DNA from: Narcine bancroftii
Taxonomy: Eukaryota
Direction of reading: 5' to 3'
NCBI RefSeq assembly: GCF_036971445.1
Contig: NC_091473.1
Location: forward strand, 211,544,001 to 211,608,000
DNA: 64,000 bases
Each line of letters starts with the position of its first letter. Within the stretch, counting starts at the first letter, position 1. The position numbers were made by a program, and so were the translations under genes. Of this stretch, positions 50,881-64,000 are shown one piece after another. The notes beneath the pieces are model-generated. The model ran no database searches, was not told the origin of the DNA, and saw only the letters and a program-made list of their open reading frames with translations.

Positions 50881-53800
50881 GTTTGCTACAGGGAAAGACT
50901 GTGTGGGGAGGTGTTCACTCCATCCTATGGTCTGTGGCTGGGCTTTTGTGCTGAGATCATAAACCAGACAGCAGACATCAATGTCATTAACTGCTGGACG
51001 AGACTTAGCTGTGCAAGTTCCCTTTGGTGTTTACAATTGATTAAATTTGAAACTGCGCTGCAACCTCTGGATTGTCATGATGAGGGTCACACAGCATCCA
51101 TAGAAAAGAAAGGACAGTTGACATTTTGGGGCTGAGCCCTTTGCCAAGAGTTACAAAAATGAGACAGACGTCTGAATAAAAAGGTGTGGGGAAAGGGGGT
51201 AGCAGACGCTTAAATGTGGACATTGATGGGAGGGTAGAAGCTGAGAAGTGCAGGAAAGAGGGTTAAGGACATCTGATGTGAGAAGGAAGTGAAGAGGGTG
51301 GGGAGCTGGAGGAAAGGGAACAGGGATAACAGAAACTGGAGGTTGATTATTGATGCCACCTGGTTGGAGAATTCTGAGACAGAATATAAGATGCAATGCA
51401 CATTAGTGCTGGAGAAACTCAGCAGGACACACAGCATCCACAGGGAGTGAAAGGCAGTCGATGTTTCTGATTTGGTCCCTTAGACAGTCTAATGATAAGG
51501 AGAGAGGGTCAGGGAAAGCAGCACAGGCGAACTGGTAAGAGATGGGTGGATACAGGTGGGAGGGGAGAAGTGACGGGAGAGGGCAGAGGATTTCTCTCTG
51601 ACAGGAAAAGGCAGGGATGTGGGTGGGAGTTGGAGGAAATGAGCCAGAGAGATGAGGGAAAAGGAGACTCGGAAAAGGAGGCTGACAAAATTTGGAAGAC
51701 AATTTTCATGCCGTCTGGTTGGAGACTGGGGAGACGGAATATAAGGTGTTGTTCCTCCAGTTTGTGGGTATGTCGACGATTGGGGTCCAGATTGTTCCAA
51801 TGGGGTTTTTCCCTGCAGCTCCAACTATCCATGTGTTTGGACAATCCCCAGTTGACCTGCTGCCTCTGTTCATCAGATTTTTCATCTAAACTGCATTAGA
51901 TCTCCTGGGTCACTTCCCCTTTGTACTGGCTGGCTGGTACAGATGGGCCGTGTCAGACCTTTACCTTGATGGACATTGAATAAAAATTACTGTGACCTGA
52001 AGATCTTGGCCTCATTTTTAGCTTCTGAAGCACTTTCTGGGTGATTTTATCTCAGCATGTAGCTGACTGAATGACCTTGACCCATGCCTGTGCCACTGTA
52101 ATGCTATTATTTGGGACCTGTGGACTTCTCCCACCAGTTATTTATGTCCCCTTAAAATTCCTACACTACCTAGATCGATTTAACATTCTGCTCTTTTGAA
52201 TTCCCTTATGTCCCTGGGTATTTACCATATATACACATTGATACCATGTAGAAGTTGACCCCCCCCCCCTTTTTTGGCCCAAAAATTGGTTGTTTTTAAT
52301 ATGATATGCAATGGTCAACAACCCCCCCCCCTTTTACTTTTAGCCCTAACTGCCCACCAAGCCCCTGACCGGGGATCCTCACACCTGATGGCCACCCATT
52401 CAAACTTCCGATGCTTCATCTGCCTGTCCATCCAAGCTCATGACCATGGATCCTTGCTCTGGCCGCCCACCCATTCGAAGTCTCAACGCCCACATGGATC
52501 CTCATCCCGGCCTCCCAAGCTCCCATTGTCCTGGCCGCTTACACTCCCAACATCTTGGCACCCCACACATTCTAATTCGTGAAAACCTGTCTGCCCACCC
52601 ATTGGAGCTCCCGACCTTGAATCCTCACCCACATGGATCTGAACCTTCGACACTCCAGTCGCTCACAGATCCAAACTCCCATTGCCATGGCTGACAGCCC
52701 ATCTGAGCTGTCTGTGGAACCTCGCCCTGGTTGCCTGCCCATTGGATCTCCTGATGCCTGAATAACACAGCTACTTCAAAGGTTTGACCCATGTAAAAGT
52801 TGACATCACTTTCTTGGCTCCAAAAATTGATTGATACATGAGTATATACAGTAATTCTCAATAATCTGCAATCTGCATCCACATTTGTGTAATGGCCATT
52901 AAATTTCACCCTTTTTGGCTGATTTGTGCCAGCAGTTTATTCACCTTGTTTCTAAAGCTCTGGGCATTTTTCAATCAAGTTGCAATGTGACCTTTTTTTA
53001 TCTATTGGATTGATTTTTTTTCTGTCTCCACTTTGACTTTCCCCTTTTCTACCTTTTGCTTCTGTCTTTATTTTGCTTGTCAATGCCCTGCCCTAATCAT
53101 CTTGTCCTCCCCAACAACACTGACAAGCAATCCCCCCTGAACATTGTTCCCAGTCCAGTTGAGGTATACACCATTTGAATGGGCTGGTGAAATGGGTGAA
53201 CACATTGGGGATAAAACATGGAGGTGAATGCAGAGAGATACAGTCTGAGGAGCCCAGACGAGGGGTTGATGTAATGTATCTGCGCTCACCTTGATCAGCA
53301 CGTTACAGAGTTGTCAAGGGAAATATTTTACTGGGAAGCAAGTGGAGAGCAGAATTCATAATCTGGTGCAGAGGAAAAGAGAGACCCAAGATTGAAATGA
53401 AGATTGTGAGCTTTGTGAAGAGACGGATTACAGCAGTGAGGGAGTAATGAGAAACGTTCAGATGGCCTTGGTTTTTCTCGGAACCACATTTTCATGAATG
53501 TGTGAAGGTCTTCAGGTGGGTGAATGAATCATTTATCAAAATAATACTACTTTTTTTGTTTTATGGGGAAATATGTTTTTAATTATTTCTATTAATTTGA
53601 TAGAAATATTACAATGTATATATTGTTTAGATATTAATTCTAGATTTTATATAATGAAACCCAGAATGAGTCATATATAAATTATTAATTATCTTATATA
53701 ATTCTTGAAAAAGTGAAAAATCCTTATGAGAATTTCACCTCCTGTTCTAACACTGAGTTTACATTGTGATTAAATAGACCAATCTCTCCAGTTGTAGAAA

Positions 53801-56074
53801 AAAAAGAACAAAATAAAAAAGAAAGACCCCACCCCACCATTAATCTAACCCCTCCCACTAAACACAGTCACCAGAAAATGAATTGTAAAGAATCGAGTCT
53901 TGTTTCTCGGACATCGGATAGAAAACCCCCAGAGCACCCCAGCCTGTCATCAAATGATGATCATGTCCATGAATGGGCCCCATATCTTGTCCAATTCAAC
54001 CTTGATCTCTTTCACATTTGATCTAATTTTCTCCAAACTCAATCAATGCATAGCATCATGTGCATACGAGTTGGTGCTCTGCTGTCTTTCCCTCTTATCC
54101 AAATTGCTCGTCTGGCCATCCATGAAATCAAAGCTACAATTTTGTTTTAGTTGAATTCAAGGAAATCTTCATTTCTAGAGAATAATGAAACAAAGCAATA
54201 AAAGGACATGGTTCTAATTTAATCCTAAGATTCTGTGATAGAGTTTTAAAGAATTGTTCCCAATATTCTTATAGTTCAGGACACTCCCAGAACGTATGAA
54301 TCAGAGAGACCTCAAATTTTCTATATTTGCCACATAGTGCATCAATATCAGAATAAAAATGAGATAATCTAACTTTGGACATATCTCTTCTATGTAGAAC
54401 TTTAAATTGTATTAAACAATGTCATGGACAGAATGAAGTAATTATTCATCAGATCACCATTTTCATCTGAAGTTAATGTATTCAAATCTTGTTCCCATTC
54501 ATTCTTCATTCCAATCTGTGAACATATTTTTAGGTCCATCAATTTGCAATAAATAATTGCTATTGATACACCATGGGAAAACTTTAAATGAAGAACATTG
54601 GTATCGGAATTCGAGGAAATTTAGACTGAACAAAATGCCTATCAGGAAGGTTGAATTGTTCAAATGCAGCGAAATTGCCTCGAATATATAGATTCTTAAA
54701 ACTTTTTATTCCTAATGCAACCCTTTCACTAAAAGCAGCATCCAAGATAGAAAGTTGAAAAAGATGATTTTTTTTAATAATAGGACTAGAAAGAGAAACA
54801 TGAAGATAGCCAAAGAATTTCCTAAATTGTGCCCATATTCTCAGTCAACATTTCATTATCGAATTGTCCATAAATTTCGAAAAAGAAAAAGGTAAGGAAG
54901 ATACTAAAACTGCAACATAGTGAGACTTTTTGAAAAGCTCAGTTCCATATTAACTCAAGGGGGTTGATCATCTGAAATATCAAAATGTAAGAGCAATATA
55001 ATTTTTGTATATTAACTGCCCAATAATAAAATATAACATTTGGGAGAGAAAAGCCCCATTTCTTTTAGTCTATTGAAGAGAGGCCTTGTTTATACCGATT
55101 GTTTACCTTGCCATAAATACGAAGAAATAATTATTGAATCCAATAAATTAAAACAAGTTTTAGGAATGAAAATTGGTAAAGATTGAAACATGTACAAAAA
55201 TGTTCATTTTAATTACATTAATATGTCCAATCACTGTCATGCACTTGGGTGCCTGTCCCGATAATGACTCTTTAGTCTGGTTAGCTAATACTGAAAAATT
55301 ATCTTCCAATAAGATTTTACAACTTTTAGTCATCGTAATTCCCAGATATTTGAATTGGTCTTTAACTATTTTAAAAGGGAAATTAGCATAGATTGCTAAA
55401 GATCTCTATAGGTAGTAATTCACTCATGAAAATTTACTTTACACCCTAAAAACAAACTAAATTGGGCAAACAAAGTTAACATAATTGATAAAGAAATCTC
55501 AGAATTGGAAAGATGTTTTGCCATTTCTCATGAGTTTGATGCTGATGTTTTTACCTGCAGTACATTGTGGTCAAGAAAACGCTCCATCAGAACTTACCAT
55601 GTGAGCTGTTTTTATGACATCATATTTACCCCGCCTTCACGCCAATCACACCCCATCTCCATCTAACTCCTGGACCTGACTACTCCTTCCATGAATTGGG
55701 ATCTCTTGCATCTGCACACTGAACTCAAGATACATGGCATCACATACAACCCTGAGATTCCTTTTCCTGGGGCCAGGCAGAATTTCTACATATTGGTATT
55801 GCAAGAAGAAACTACTCAAGAGAGATTTGAATAGAAAAGAGAAGTCTAAACAAGTGGTGAGCGGTGTTCCGATGGGATCCTGTTGAGCCTGCAACTGTTC
55901 ATGATATACATTAATGACCTGGAAGAGGAGATCAAGTGCAGTGTATCTTAGTTTGCTGATGACATAAACTGAGTGGTAAAGCAAATCGTGCAGAAGATAC
56001 AGAGAGTCTACAGAAATGTTTGGATAGGTTAAGGGTCTGGCAGATGGAGCAAAGTGTTGGTAAATGTGAGGTTC

Positions 56075-56849
56075 TGTTGTGTGAGGGAGGTTCCCTACCT
56101 ACAGCTGGTGGTCATGACACCTTGCCTGAAACTCATATGGAAGGCATACCACCTGTCAGTACATGGTGTACTCTTTGTTCCACTCAAAGTTACAAAGTTA
56201 TGGACAATGTTCCAAACTGCAGGTGGAATGCCAGTTAAGATTGGACTCAGACAACAGGTCAGTGCACACTTTGCCATTGGCTGGTTCAAATCACTCAGTG
56301 CCCTTATTGGCTAAAGTCCTGTATTTAGCACTAGCACAGAGGACACTCGCTCTCTCTGCCTTGTGGTGCTAGGCCCAGACACCGCTCCATGCCAGGTTGC
56401 TACTGCAGACATCACTTGGAAAGATCGTGGGTAAGGTGCACACAGCACCGAAGCTGAGCCGTGGTATTGCTATAGCTCAAATTGCTATAGGTCAATACTG
56501 GCAGTAGAGCTCCTGCTCTCAACTGATCAGACATCCAAGGGTGTGTGTATACCCTTATGGGTACAGTGGTACCAGACCCACCTCCCCTTGTTCAGGGGTC
56601 CAGGAGGGTGTGTATAACCCCCGCTATTGGCTATGTGAATTAATAATTACATACTGTGTTACATTCTCCAGTTATGATCTGCTTCCACGTTCCCTTGTAA
56701 ATTATGCATATGTTCCCATGTTCCCTTAATATTGTGTGTGTATGTTCCCTTATAAACTCTCTTTCTTATTAATTGTTGTGTTAAGGGTTTGCAGTCAAAC
56801 GTAACTTTATTGTGTCTTTAAACCCTCCAAATCTGACACTTTCTCAACA
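56075..56849 (+). mobile_element. 5' LTR of the class III ERV
   Basis: TGTTG...CAACA inverted termini; starts exactly where the CR1 fragment stops; first ~170 bp also present at 46232-46400. Confidence 0.6.
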
Positions 56850-59800
56850 AAACAATGCGAGGAGGGTTCAGGAGTTATGACTGGACACACATGGAGTTTT
56901 AGCCATGTTGGAATGCGAAACTGATTTAACTCTGCAGGAGATTATATTGATTACTGTCCATTTGTGTGTGTGTGTGTGTGTCCTGTTGGGTACATGGTTT
57001 ATTGTGTACCTGCTCACCAACAGGGCTAACAGTAGGCAACCCACAAATAGGAAAGGGACCCCAGGATCGGAGTATAAAATCCCCGGATGGCCGATGACCA
57101 TCACGGGTTCAGCCATTTGGCGGTGTGGCTGGAAAGCCATGCCAATTGATTGGGTAGACAGGTTGGACTCCCATGGGCAGAAGGTAGGACACCATATGGT
57201 CTCCCTTCTTGAAGAACTGGGGTTTCGTGGGACCAGGGAGAGTAGTGGGCAAGCTCTATGGCTACTAACATCCCTACTGAGGTGCCAGAGGGGTATCACG
57301 GCAGAATTTATGAACCGTCCTGCCACTTGTTGTTCCCATTAAAGGCACACTGAACAGATAGAATCCATGACCATCAAGCATGGGTCCATGCGGGATGCTC
57401 TGGACACTGCTAGGATGTACAAAAATCACATGGAAGTGAAGAACATTGAAGCTGCCTGTATGCTGATCGAAATGTGGAGCTTTAGGCAGCCTGTTGATCT
57501 GGTTGGCAGGTTGACTTTGTTAAGTTCAAGGAGATTGTTATGTGCGGGCAGGAGAGCGAAGCATGGTTAGGGGATGGGGATGTGTGGTTGGACAATAATG
57601 ACTTTGCAGAGGCTGAGTCTGATTGCGCGCACCCCCCCCCAATACATCCTGTAGACCCTGCAAGCCCAGCCAGTGACCACTGTCCCAACACCATATTGGT
57701 TATGAGTGAATGGGATAGGGGCCGGTGTGAGGTTGTAAAAGAGAGTACTCTGTCAGGTTCAGCGGTTGGCTGAGCATCTGGCCACTTGACTACTCTGGCT
57801 ATGGGATGGGGGGGCCTATGTTCACCTTTCCCACATAGAAGCTAGTACTTTAGGTAGCCTGTACACACAGCACTCTGTCAATAACTCCCTGTGGGGGCAG
57901 CCTGAAGGAATCATGAAGGGAAGCAAATGTGGGATATGGTAGTAGCTGCACTGCGGGCCAGGTTTCCCACATTGTTAAAGTGGGATCTGACATGCCAACC
58001 GCAGTGACATACCATTAACAAGGGAACGTGGCATCAGGGAATGGGCCCTTATCACCAACCTCTATAGCAGGGATCCCAGGTGCCACCTCCCTGAGGGCAT
58101 CAGGGTGATCCCCCTGCCTGGGCAAGGCACCTAGTCACCACCATCCATCCCAACCTCAGAAAGGGTGGTCTTGCCTTTGATGGGAACAGCAAGTGGCATG
58201 GCGATTTGTGAAGCCATTGTCCTGCTGGAAGGGCTGGAGAACTTAGAACAGGATACACCCGCAAAAAGGTTGGGGGGGGGGGGAGAGGGTTCCCGCACAG
58301 GTTCACTGGGTGGACATAAAATATGGGGAAAACAAAAATAGTGAGGTCTGTAAAGATTTGTACTGTGCCCTAGTACATGCAGGTGGATCGTGCCCATCTA
58401 AATAACATTTAGATGCCATTTTCGCTATGTGGCCAGAATACTGTGAACATAACCCATGAAAACCCACACTGTTCACCACGCCGTCCATCATAACACCCAC
58501 TGCAAGGTCCACCATAACCCCCCCACCATGCAGCTTTCAGTAAGGGAAAATTTACCTTTGGGGTCGCTCAAGCAACCATTGTTATCAGGCCAACCAAATC
58601 GACCCCTGACATTCCCTCTCCCTTCCAGGTAGTCTGCAACCCCCCCCCCCCCCCACCCATACCAGGTGCCGGCGGGCGATGACGAGATCACAGAAATGCT
58701 GAATGCCCTCCTCCACAAAGGGGTGATAAGACCTGCTATGTCCCCTATAATAGTCCAGTCTGGCCCATCTGAAAGTAAAACAGGATGTGGCGAATGACTT
58801 TTGACTATTGTAGATTAAATAAATTCACCCCCAGCCTCGGTCATTCCTGACCTAGTCACATTGGTGGAGGATATCGTGGACAGGGACAATGAACCTTGCC
58901 AATGTATTCTTTTGCAACCCTTTAAGCCCCAACTCCCAAGATCAGTTTACCTTCACTTGGGGCAAAACAATACACACCTTTTGCTGCATACTTTAGGGGT
59001 ATGTCCACAGTCCTACACTCCTATCCTCATTGGTGGGTTTGTGCACCACTCTCCTGCCACCAGCTGCTGCTTTGGCCAGGTTCCTGCCACCAGGAGAGCC
59101 TTGGTGCTATGTCTCTGTAGTGGTCGCCGCTGGGTGTGGCTTGGACAACTTAAAAAGTACTGACCTCCCCCACCTCCCCCCTCCCGATATCGATACAAGT
59201 TACTACATCGATGATATCCTCATTCAGGGCCTCACAGAGGAGACAGTGGCTCAGTCACTGGACTCCCTCATCTCCAGGCTCCGCAATCATGGCTGGGCTA
59301 TCAACCAGGAATAGGTACAGGGTTTCAGCCAAATGGTCCTCTTCCTGTGAATCCAATGGCACTCAGGATAGAGGGACATCCCGGAGACGGTGAGCACACT
59401 GTATACCATTTCCAGGATGAAGACTACCTTCCACTGGGTCCCTGAACAGCAGCTAGCCTTTGAAACAGCTAAACAGCTGTGGTCCAGCATGGGGACAGGA
59501 TCAACACATGGTGGGGGAGTTTTTCTGAGCCTTTAGCCCAAGCAGCAACCACACAGTCTCACGTCTGCCACAAAGGCACCCCACCAATTCCCAAAAACAG
59601 GAGGTAGCTGAAAATGGGGGGACCTCAGGTAGGGACGTAGGTGGTCATTGTGAGACAATGGAGCCCCAGGACTAGTCTGCTAAGAAGCTAACCGGTCAAA
59701 GGACCAATACCACCAGTGGCCAGGTGAACACTTAGCCATGCTGCTGCTTCAGTTGGGAGATGAAGGGGTTCCCAATTTCGTTCTCCCTTATAGGGATGTG

Positions 59801-60864
59801 AGTGACCTGGGCAGTCTGTCTGACCAGCAGACAATTGCTAACACCTTGCAGGTACCGCCAGAAGGAGTCAATGATGGCATTATCTGATGGGAATGGACAG
59901 TGACTGTAGTCCAGGCAGGTTCCCTGCCTTCATGGGATGGGGCCGACACGGCCTGCTACTGTGGCAACCATTGGCATTGGGACACGGATGGTTAGGGAGT
60001 GGGCACTGGGTATGTACAGGGGTTCCCAGGAAGCACAAGTGACTGGTGCCTTGGTGGGCTGTTTGGTCACCACCACAAACCCCAACCTTAGAGGTGTGGT
60101 CTTGCATCTCATGGGACTGGTGACTGGGAGGACAGTCCAGGAGGCCATTGTCCTTCTGGAGGGATCAGAGGGCACAGAGCAGATATAGAGATGCTCTCTA
60201 AAGAGAGCATTACGGCAGGAAGCCCCATGGGGGTGGAACTTCCCATGCACTGCCCATTCCAACCTGGACCAGCCTCCCCTCTGCTCTTCCCTAACCAGAT
60301 GTGGCCCTTGACTAATTTCTCTTTTGAACTTTGTTCCACCCACCCCCCGGAGAAGACTACCCTTCAAGCTGTTCCCCTTATTATTCTGAGGATCCATTGA
60401 CAGCCTGCTTAAAAAGCATTGATTTGGCTAACTCAGTCCCGTCTCCTCCTAGCTATTATTGCAGGGATCCAACACAGGCACTTGAGGCACCCGTCTAAAG
60501 GGTGCATGAGCAAGAATGGCATCCTGGTGTTGGATGACAGCTGTGGGGAAGCTGGGCACCCTGGGTATATCCTGGATACACATCTGCCAGCCTACCCCAA
60601 CCTCACCACAGGATAGCAAAGTGGCCACCCTCTGGGCTGTGCTTCAGGAATATCCAAGTGTGGGGCCTGGGTGCAGGATGTGCAAACCAAGGGGGGGATC
60701 TGGCACCTGGATGACCACCAGCTCACAGACATTAGTGGTGGGGGTGCTCACATTTGCCAGCCAAGCTGAAGAAACCAGTCATACGAGTCAGTAACCAAAT
60801 TCCTTTGTCTGCCCTCCCCTCTGACACTCCCCAAGCACCCTGTTCCATCAGTAACACAGCAACC
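56850..60864 (+). mobile_element. Degenerate class III (ERV-L-like) provirus: gag, RT, partial downstream pol
   Basis: gag LWLWDGG...EASTLGSL; RT PYQVPAG..EI, YNSPVWPI*K*NRMWRMTFDYCRLN, NLANVFF...QDQFTFTW...GYVHSPT, YYIDDILI, LRNHGWAIN; many stops; no protease seen. Confidence 0.8.
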
Positions 60865-61556
60865 TGTCGTAGTGATAGATAATATAGTTCAGCTTGTGAG
60901 AGATGAGTAACACTGATCTAAAAGATAAGTGAGGATTGTGAGAGATGAATAAAACTGATATAAAAATATGAAGATGAGGAAACTAGTATAGATATATGTG
61001 TAATGAATAAATCCAGTATGAATAGGATAAGAATAGATATTAGTATGTAGGAAGTAAAGTTAGTCTGAATAAGATAAGGGTCTTCTAGCCTTTTAGACAG
61101 AATCAGCAAGTTCACCAGTATGAATAAGATAAGGATAGATAATAGATAATATGTAGGAAGTAAAGTTAGTCTGAATAAGATAAGGGTCTTCTAGCCTTAG
61201 ACAGAATTAGGCAAGTTCTGCATGTAAAATGTTAGTCAGCCCTGAGAGTCAGGAAGGTGTGAATAAGGATAATGACATGATGGGACACCGACAGGATACC
61301 CCCTGGTCCTCCAAGTTCACAGCACGTAGGCAGACAGGATTGCCCAAGGCCAAACTCAACTACGAGGCAGAAGAATGTAAGGGGGAGGGTATTCCTATAC
61401 TGAAATCAACTGTATAAAAGTTGGGTGCGCCCCAGTGTGTGTGTGTATTCCCAGGGAAAGGGGAAGCACCCAACTTTGCATTGTTATATAATAAATGTTC
61501 TTTGTTTTCAATTTTTGTCTCGAGCAATTTGTGTGAAGGTACTTCTGTTTCTAACA
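60865..61556 (+). mobile_element. 5' LTR of a class I ERV
   Basis: U3 with ~75-80-bp direct repeats; TATAAAA ~61413; AATAAA ~61490; ends in CA directly before the PBS; 5' boundary approximate. Confidence 0.85.
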
Positions 61557-61558
61557 AA

Positions 61559-61576
61559 TGGGGGTTCGTCCGGGAT
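61559..61576 (+). promoter_or_regulatory. Primer-binding site, tRNA-Pro
   Basis: TGGGGGTTCGTCCGGGAT, one mismatch from the MLV-type PBS-Pro TGGGGGCTCGTCCGGGAT. Confidence 0.88.
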
Positions 61577-61788
61577 CCCACTCCCTCCACTGACAGAGTG
61601 CCCGAAGATGGGGGTAGGTGCACCCCAGCTGATTCAGCTGGACTCACGGACAAAGGGTGACTGGTCAGTGGATTAAGCGAGTGATATCCGAGAAGAGGCA
61701 TTGAGAACAAACAACGAGAGGACGTTAAGGAAGCGTGCTAGAGCTAGCTACTGGATCTCGGTAAGAGAAATTTTACTTACCTGTTAGT

Positions 61789-62915
61789 ATGGGAGGTGTG
61801 AGTAGTAAGGAAAAGAGTCCTAAGGAAGGATGGGAAGATCAGATAACCAAGCAAAGTCCGTTAGGATTAATGTTATCTGATTGGGGTGCAGGGAGAACCC
61901 TTGGGAAAGACAAACTGACCATGGTCAGGTATTGCTGTTTGGAATGGGTTAAAAGTCCAATAAAAAGGAGTTCACTACATTGGACAAAGCTCGGATCCGA
62001 GGATGACTGGATGTGTCAGGCATTGAACATCTGGTTCTATCAAAACCAAAGAGATAATCTTGAGAGCAGGGAATATGCAGCCTGCTGGCTCAGGGGATCG
62101 TTTGATCAACTGGTTTCAAATGAAAAGGAATGCAAGGACAAGAAAGATAAGGAACCTTTTGTCCCTGAAACACAAGGATGAGTTGTGTTACATTCACTTC
62201 CTCCACCTTATGCTCCTCCTATGCCGGCTCCTATCTTTCCCCTCTCCTATGCTCTACCCTTCTGCACCTTCCCCTCCTCCTCCACAGCTAAAGAAAGGAG
62301 AAGAAAGTAGGGGTGGTATGATGACCTGTTCACAAAGTACTAGATTACCACCTCAATTGACAAGAGAGGGAGGAGACTTTGATTCAAAACAGTGTGAGAC
62401 CCTCCGGGAGGGAAGGGCAGAACCCTTTGATTCATTTCCCAGAGAGCAGGAATCTAGACATTATAAAGGAGAGGATAAGCCAGAAATTAACTGGATGAGA
62501 CCTTTACGGGAAGTTCCCATGGGAGGGGGTCTCGGTTTTGTAAATGTGCCCCTAACTAGAACGGAGGTGCGTAATTTTAAGAGAGAATGCCCAATAAATA
62601 GAAAGGAAAGGCTAAGATTTTGATGCAGGCAGTCAAGGAAGTCGTGGAGGGACAGCAAGGAAAGGGTATGGGCTGTGTGCCAGCTCCTGGACATTGGGAG
62701 GAGCTTCAGGAGTGGGAGAGTAGAGACCAGAGCAGGGGCAAGGGTAGAGGGGAATTGCAGGGACGACGACGGTTCCCGAGACCTCGTGGTAATCCCGGTA
62801 GGAATTGGGAAACAGGAGCATTAGTTTGCTAATATTTTAAAAAGGAGGGACATTTTAAGAGAGAATGCCCAATGCGAGCCAGGGAGACGCGACCTTATGC
62901 ACTGATGTGTTGGAA
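61789..62915 (+). mobile_element. gag: Class I (gamma/epsilon-like) ERV gag, defective
   Basis: MG myristoylation start; matrix SPLGLMLSDW...DK..MVRYC..W; PPY and PSAP late-domain motifs; capsid start PLREVPMG then deleted; NC remnant C*YFKKEGHFKRECP. Confidence 0.82.
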
Positions 62916-62917
62916 TA

Positions 62918-63706
62918 TCTTTCTTTGGCTTGGCTTCGCGGACGAAGATTTATGGAGGGGGTAAAAGTCCACGTCAGCTGCAGGCTCGTTTGTGGCTGAC
63001 AAGTCCGATGCGGGACAGGCAGACACGGTTGCAGCGGATGCAGGGGAAAATTGGTTGGTTGGGGTTGGGTGTTGGGTTTTTCCTCCTTTGTCTTTTGTCA
63101 GTGAGGTGGGCTCTGCGGTCTTCTTCAAAGCAGGTTGCTGCCCGCCGAACTGTGAGGTGCCAAGATGCACGGTTTGAGGCGATATCAGCCCACTGGCGGT
63201 GGTCAATGTGGCAGGCACCAAGAGATTTCTTTAGGCAGTCCTTGTACCTCTTCTTTGGTGCACCTCTGTCATGGTGGCCAGTGGAGAGCTCGCCATATAA
63301 CACGATATTGGGAAGGCGATGGTCCTCCATTCTGGAGACATGACCCACCCAGCGCAGTTGGATCTTCAGCAGTGTGGACTTGATGCTGTCGGCCTCCGCC
63401 ATCTCGAGTACTTCGACGTTAGGGATGAAAGCGCTCCAATGGATGTTGAGGATGGAGCGGAGACAACGCTGGTGGAAGCGTTCTAGGAGCTGTAGGTGAT
63501 ACCGGTAGAGGACCCATGATTCGGAGCCGAACAGGAGTGTGGGTATGACAACGGCTCTGTATACGCTAATCTTTGTGAGGTTTTTCAGTTGGTTGTTTTT
63601 CCAGACTCTTTTGTGTAGTCTTCCAAAGGCGCTATTTGCCTTGGAGAGTCTGTTGTCTATCTCGTTGTCGATCCTTGCATCTGATGTAATGGTGCAGCCG
63701 AGATAG
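62918..63706 (-). mobile_element. RTE LINE 3' segment inserted in the ERV
   Basis: Open frame YLGCTITSDARID...HKRACS and 3' tail, same family as the other RTE copies. Confidence 0.92.
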
Positions 63707-64000
63707 ATCCTCAACTGATGGTCAGAACACTTCCAATCTCTTTTCAGTGCCAACCGCTCAGTCCAAGATTCCGCCCTGCTCCAGATCCCTCAACAGCCCC
63801 TAAGGCTAGAGCTGGATGAGGTCCTCACCCAGGATGAGACATATAAGGCAATTGAACAACTGAAAAGTGGCAAAGCAGCAGGTATGGATGGAATCCCCCC
63901 AGAGGTCTGGAAGGCTGGCGGCAAAACTCTGCATGTCAAACTGCATGAGTTTTTCAAGCTTTGTTGGGACCAAGGAAAACTGCCTCAGGACCTTCGTGAT
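63707..64000 (+). mobile_element. RTE ORF upstream segment in inverted orientation (runs off the window)
   Basis: ILN*WSEHFQSLFS...AIEQLKSGKAAGMDGIPPEVWK...QGKLPQDLRD. Confidence 0.85.

Overview
Vertebrate genomic DNA, most likely from a cartilaginous fish (ray or shark). This is inferred from the HE1/V-SINE, the Penelope/CR1/Rex repeat mix and the H1 sequence, and is not verified. 0-8.2 kb is the decaying edge of a replication-dependent histone cluster: one intact H1, an H4 with an open ORF but CpG erosion, and H4 and H2A pseudogenes. 15-56 kb is a cluster of KRAB-less tandem C2H2 zinc-finger genes built by inverted and direct segmental duplication. It holds one intact gene (49603-50880), one frameshifted copy, one deleted inverted copy and one fragment. 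It is interrupted by an apparently perfect 474 x 14-bp array (20357-26992) and a 260-N gap. The rest is nested retroelements: RTE, L1, CR1, Rex/Babar, Penelope, Gypsy, BEL/Pao, a class III (ERV-L-like) provirus, and a class I ERV with a tRNA-Pro PBS and a related solo LTR. No CRISPR, rRNA or tRNA genes. I cannot prove a new system. The best candidates are the fast-turnover KRAB-less ZNF family, its retroelement-remodelled promoter and the homogeneous satellite.
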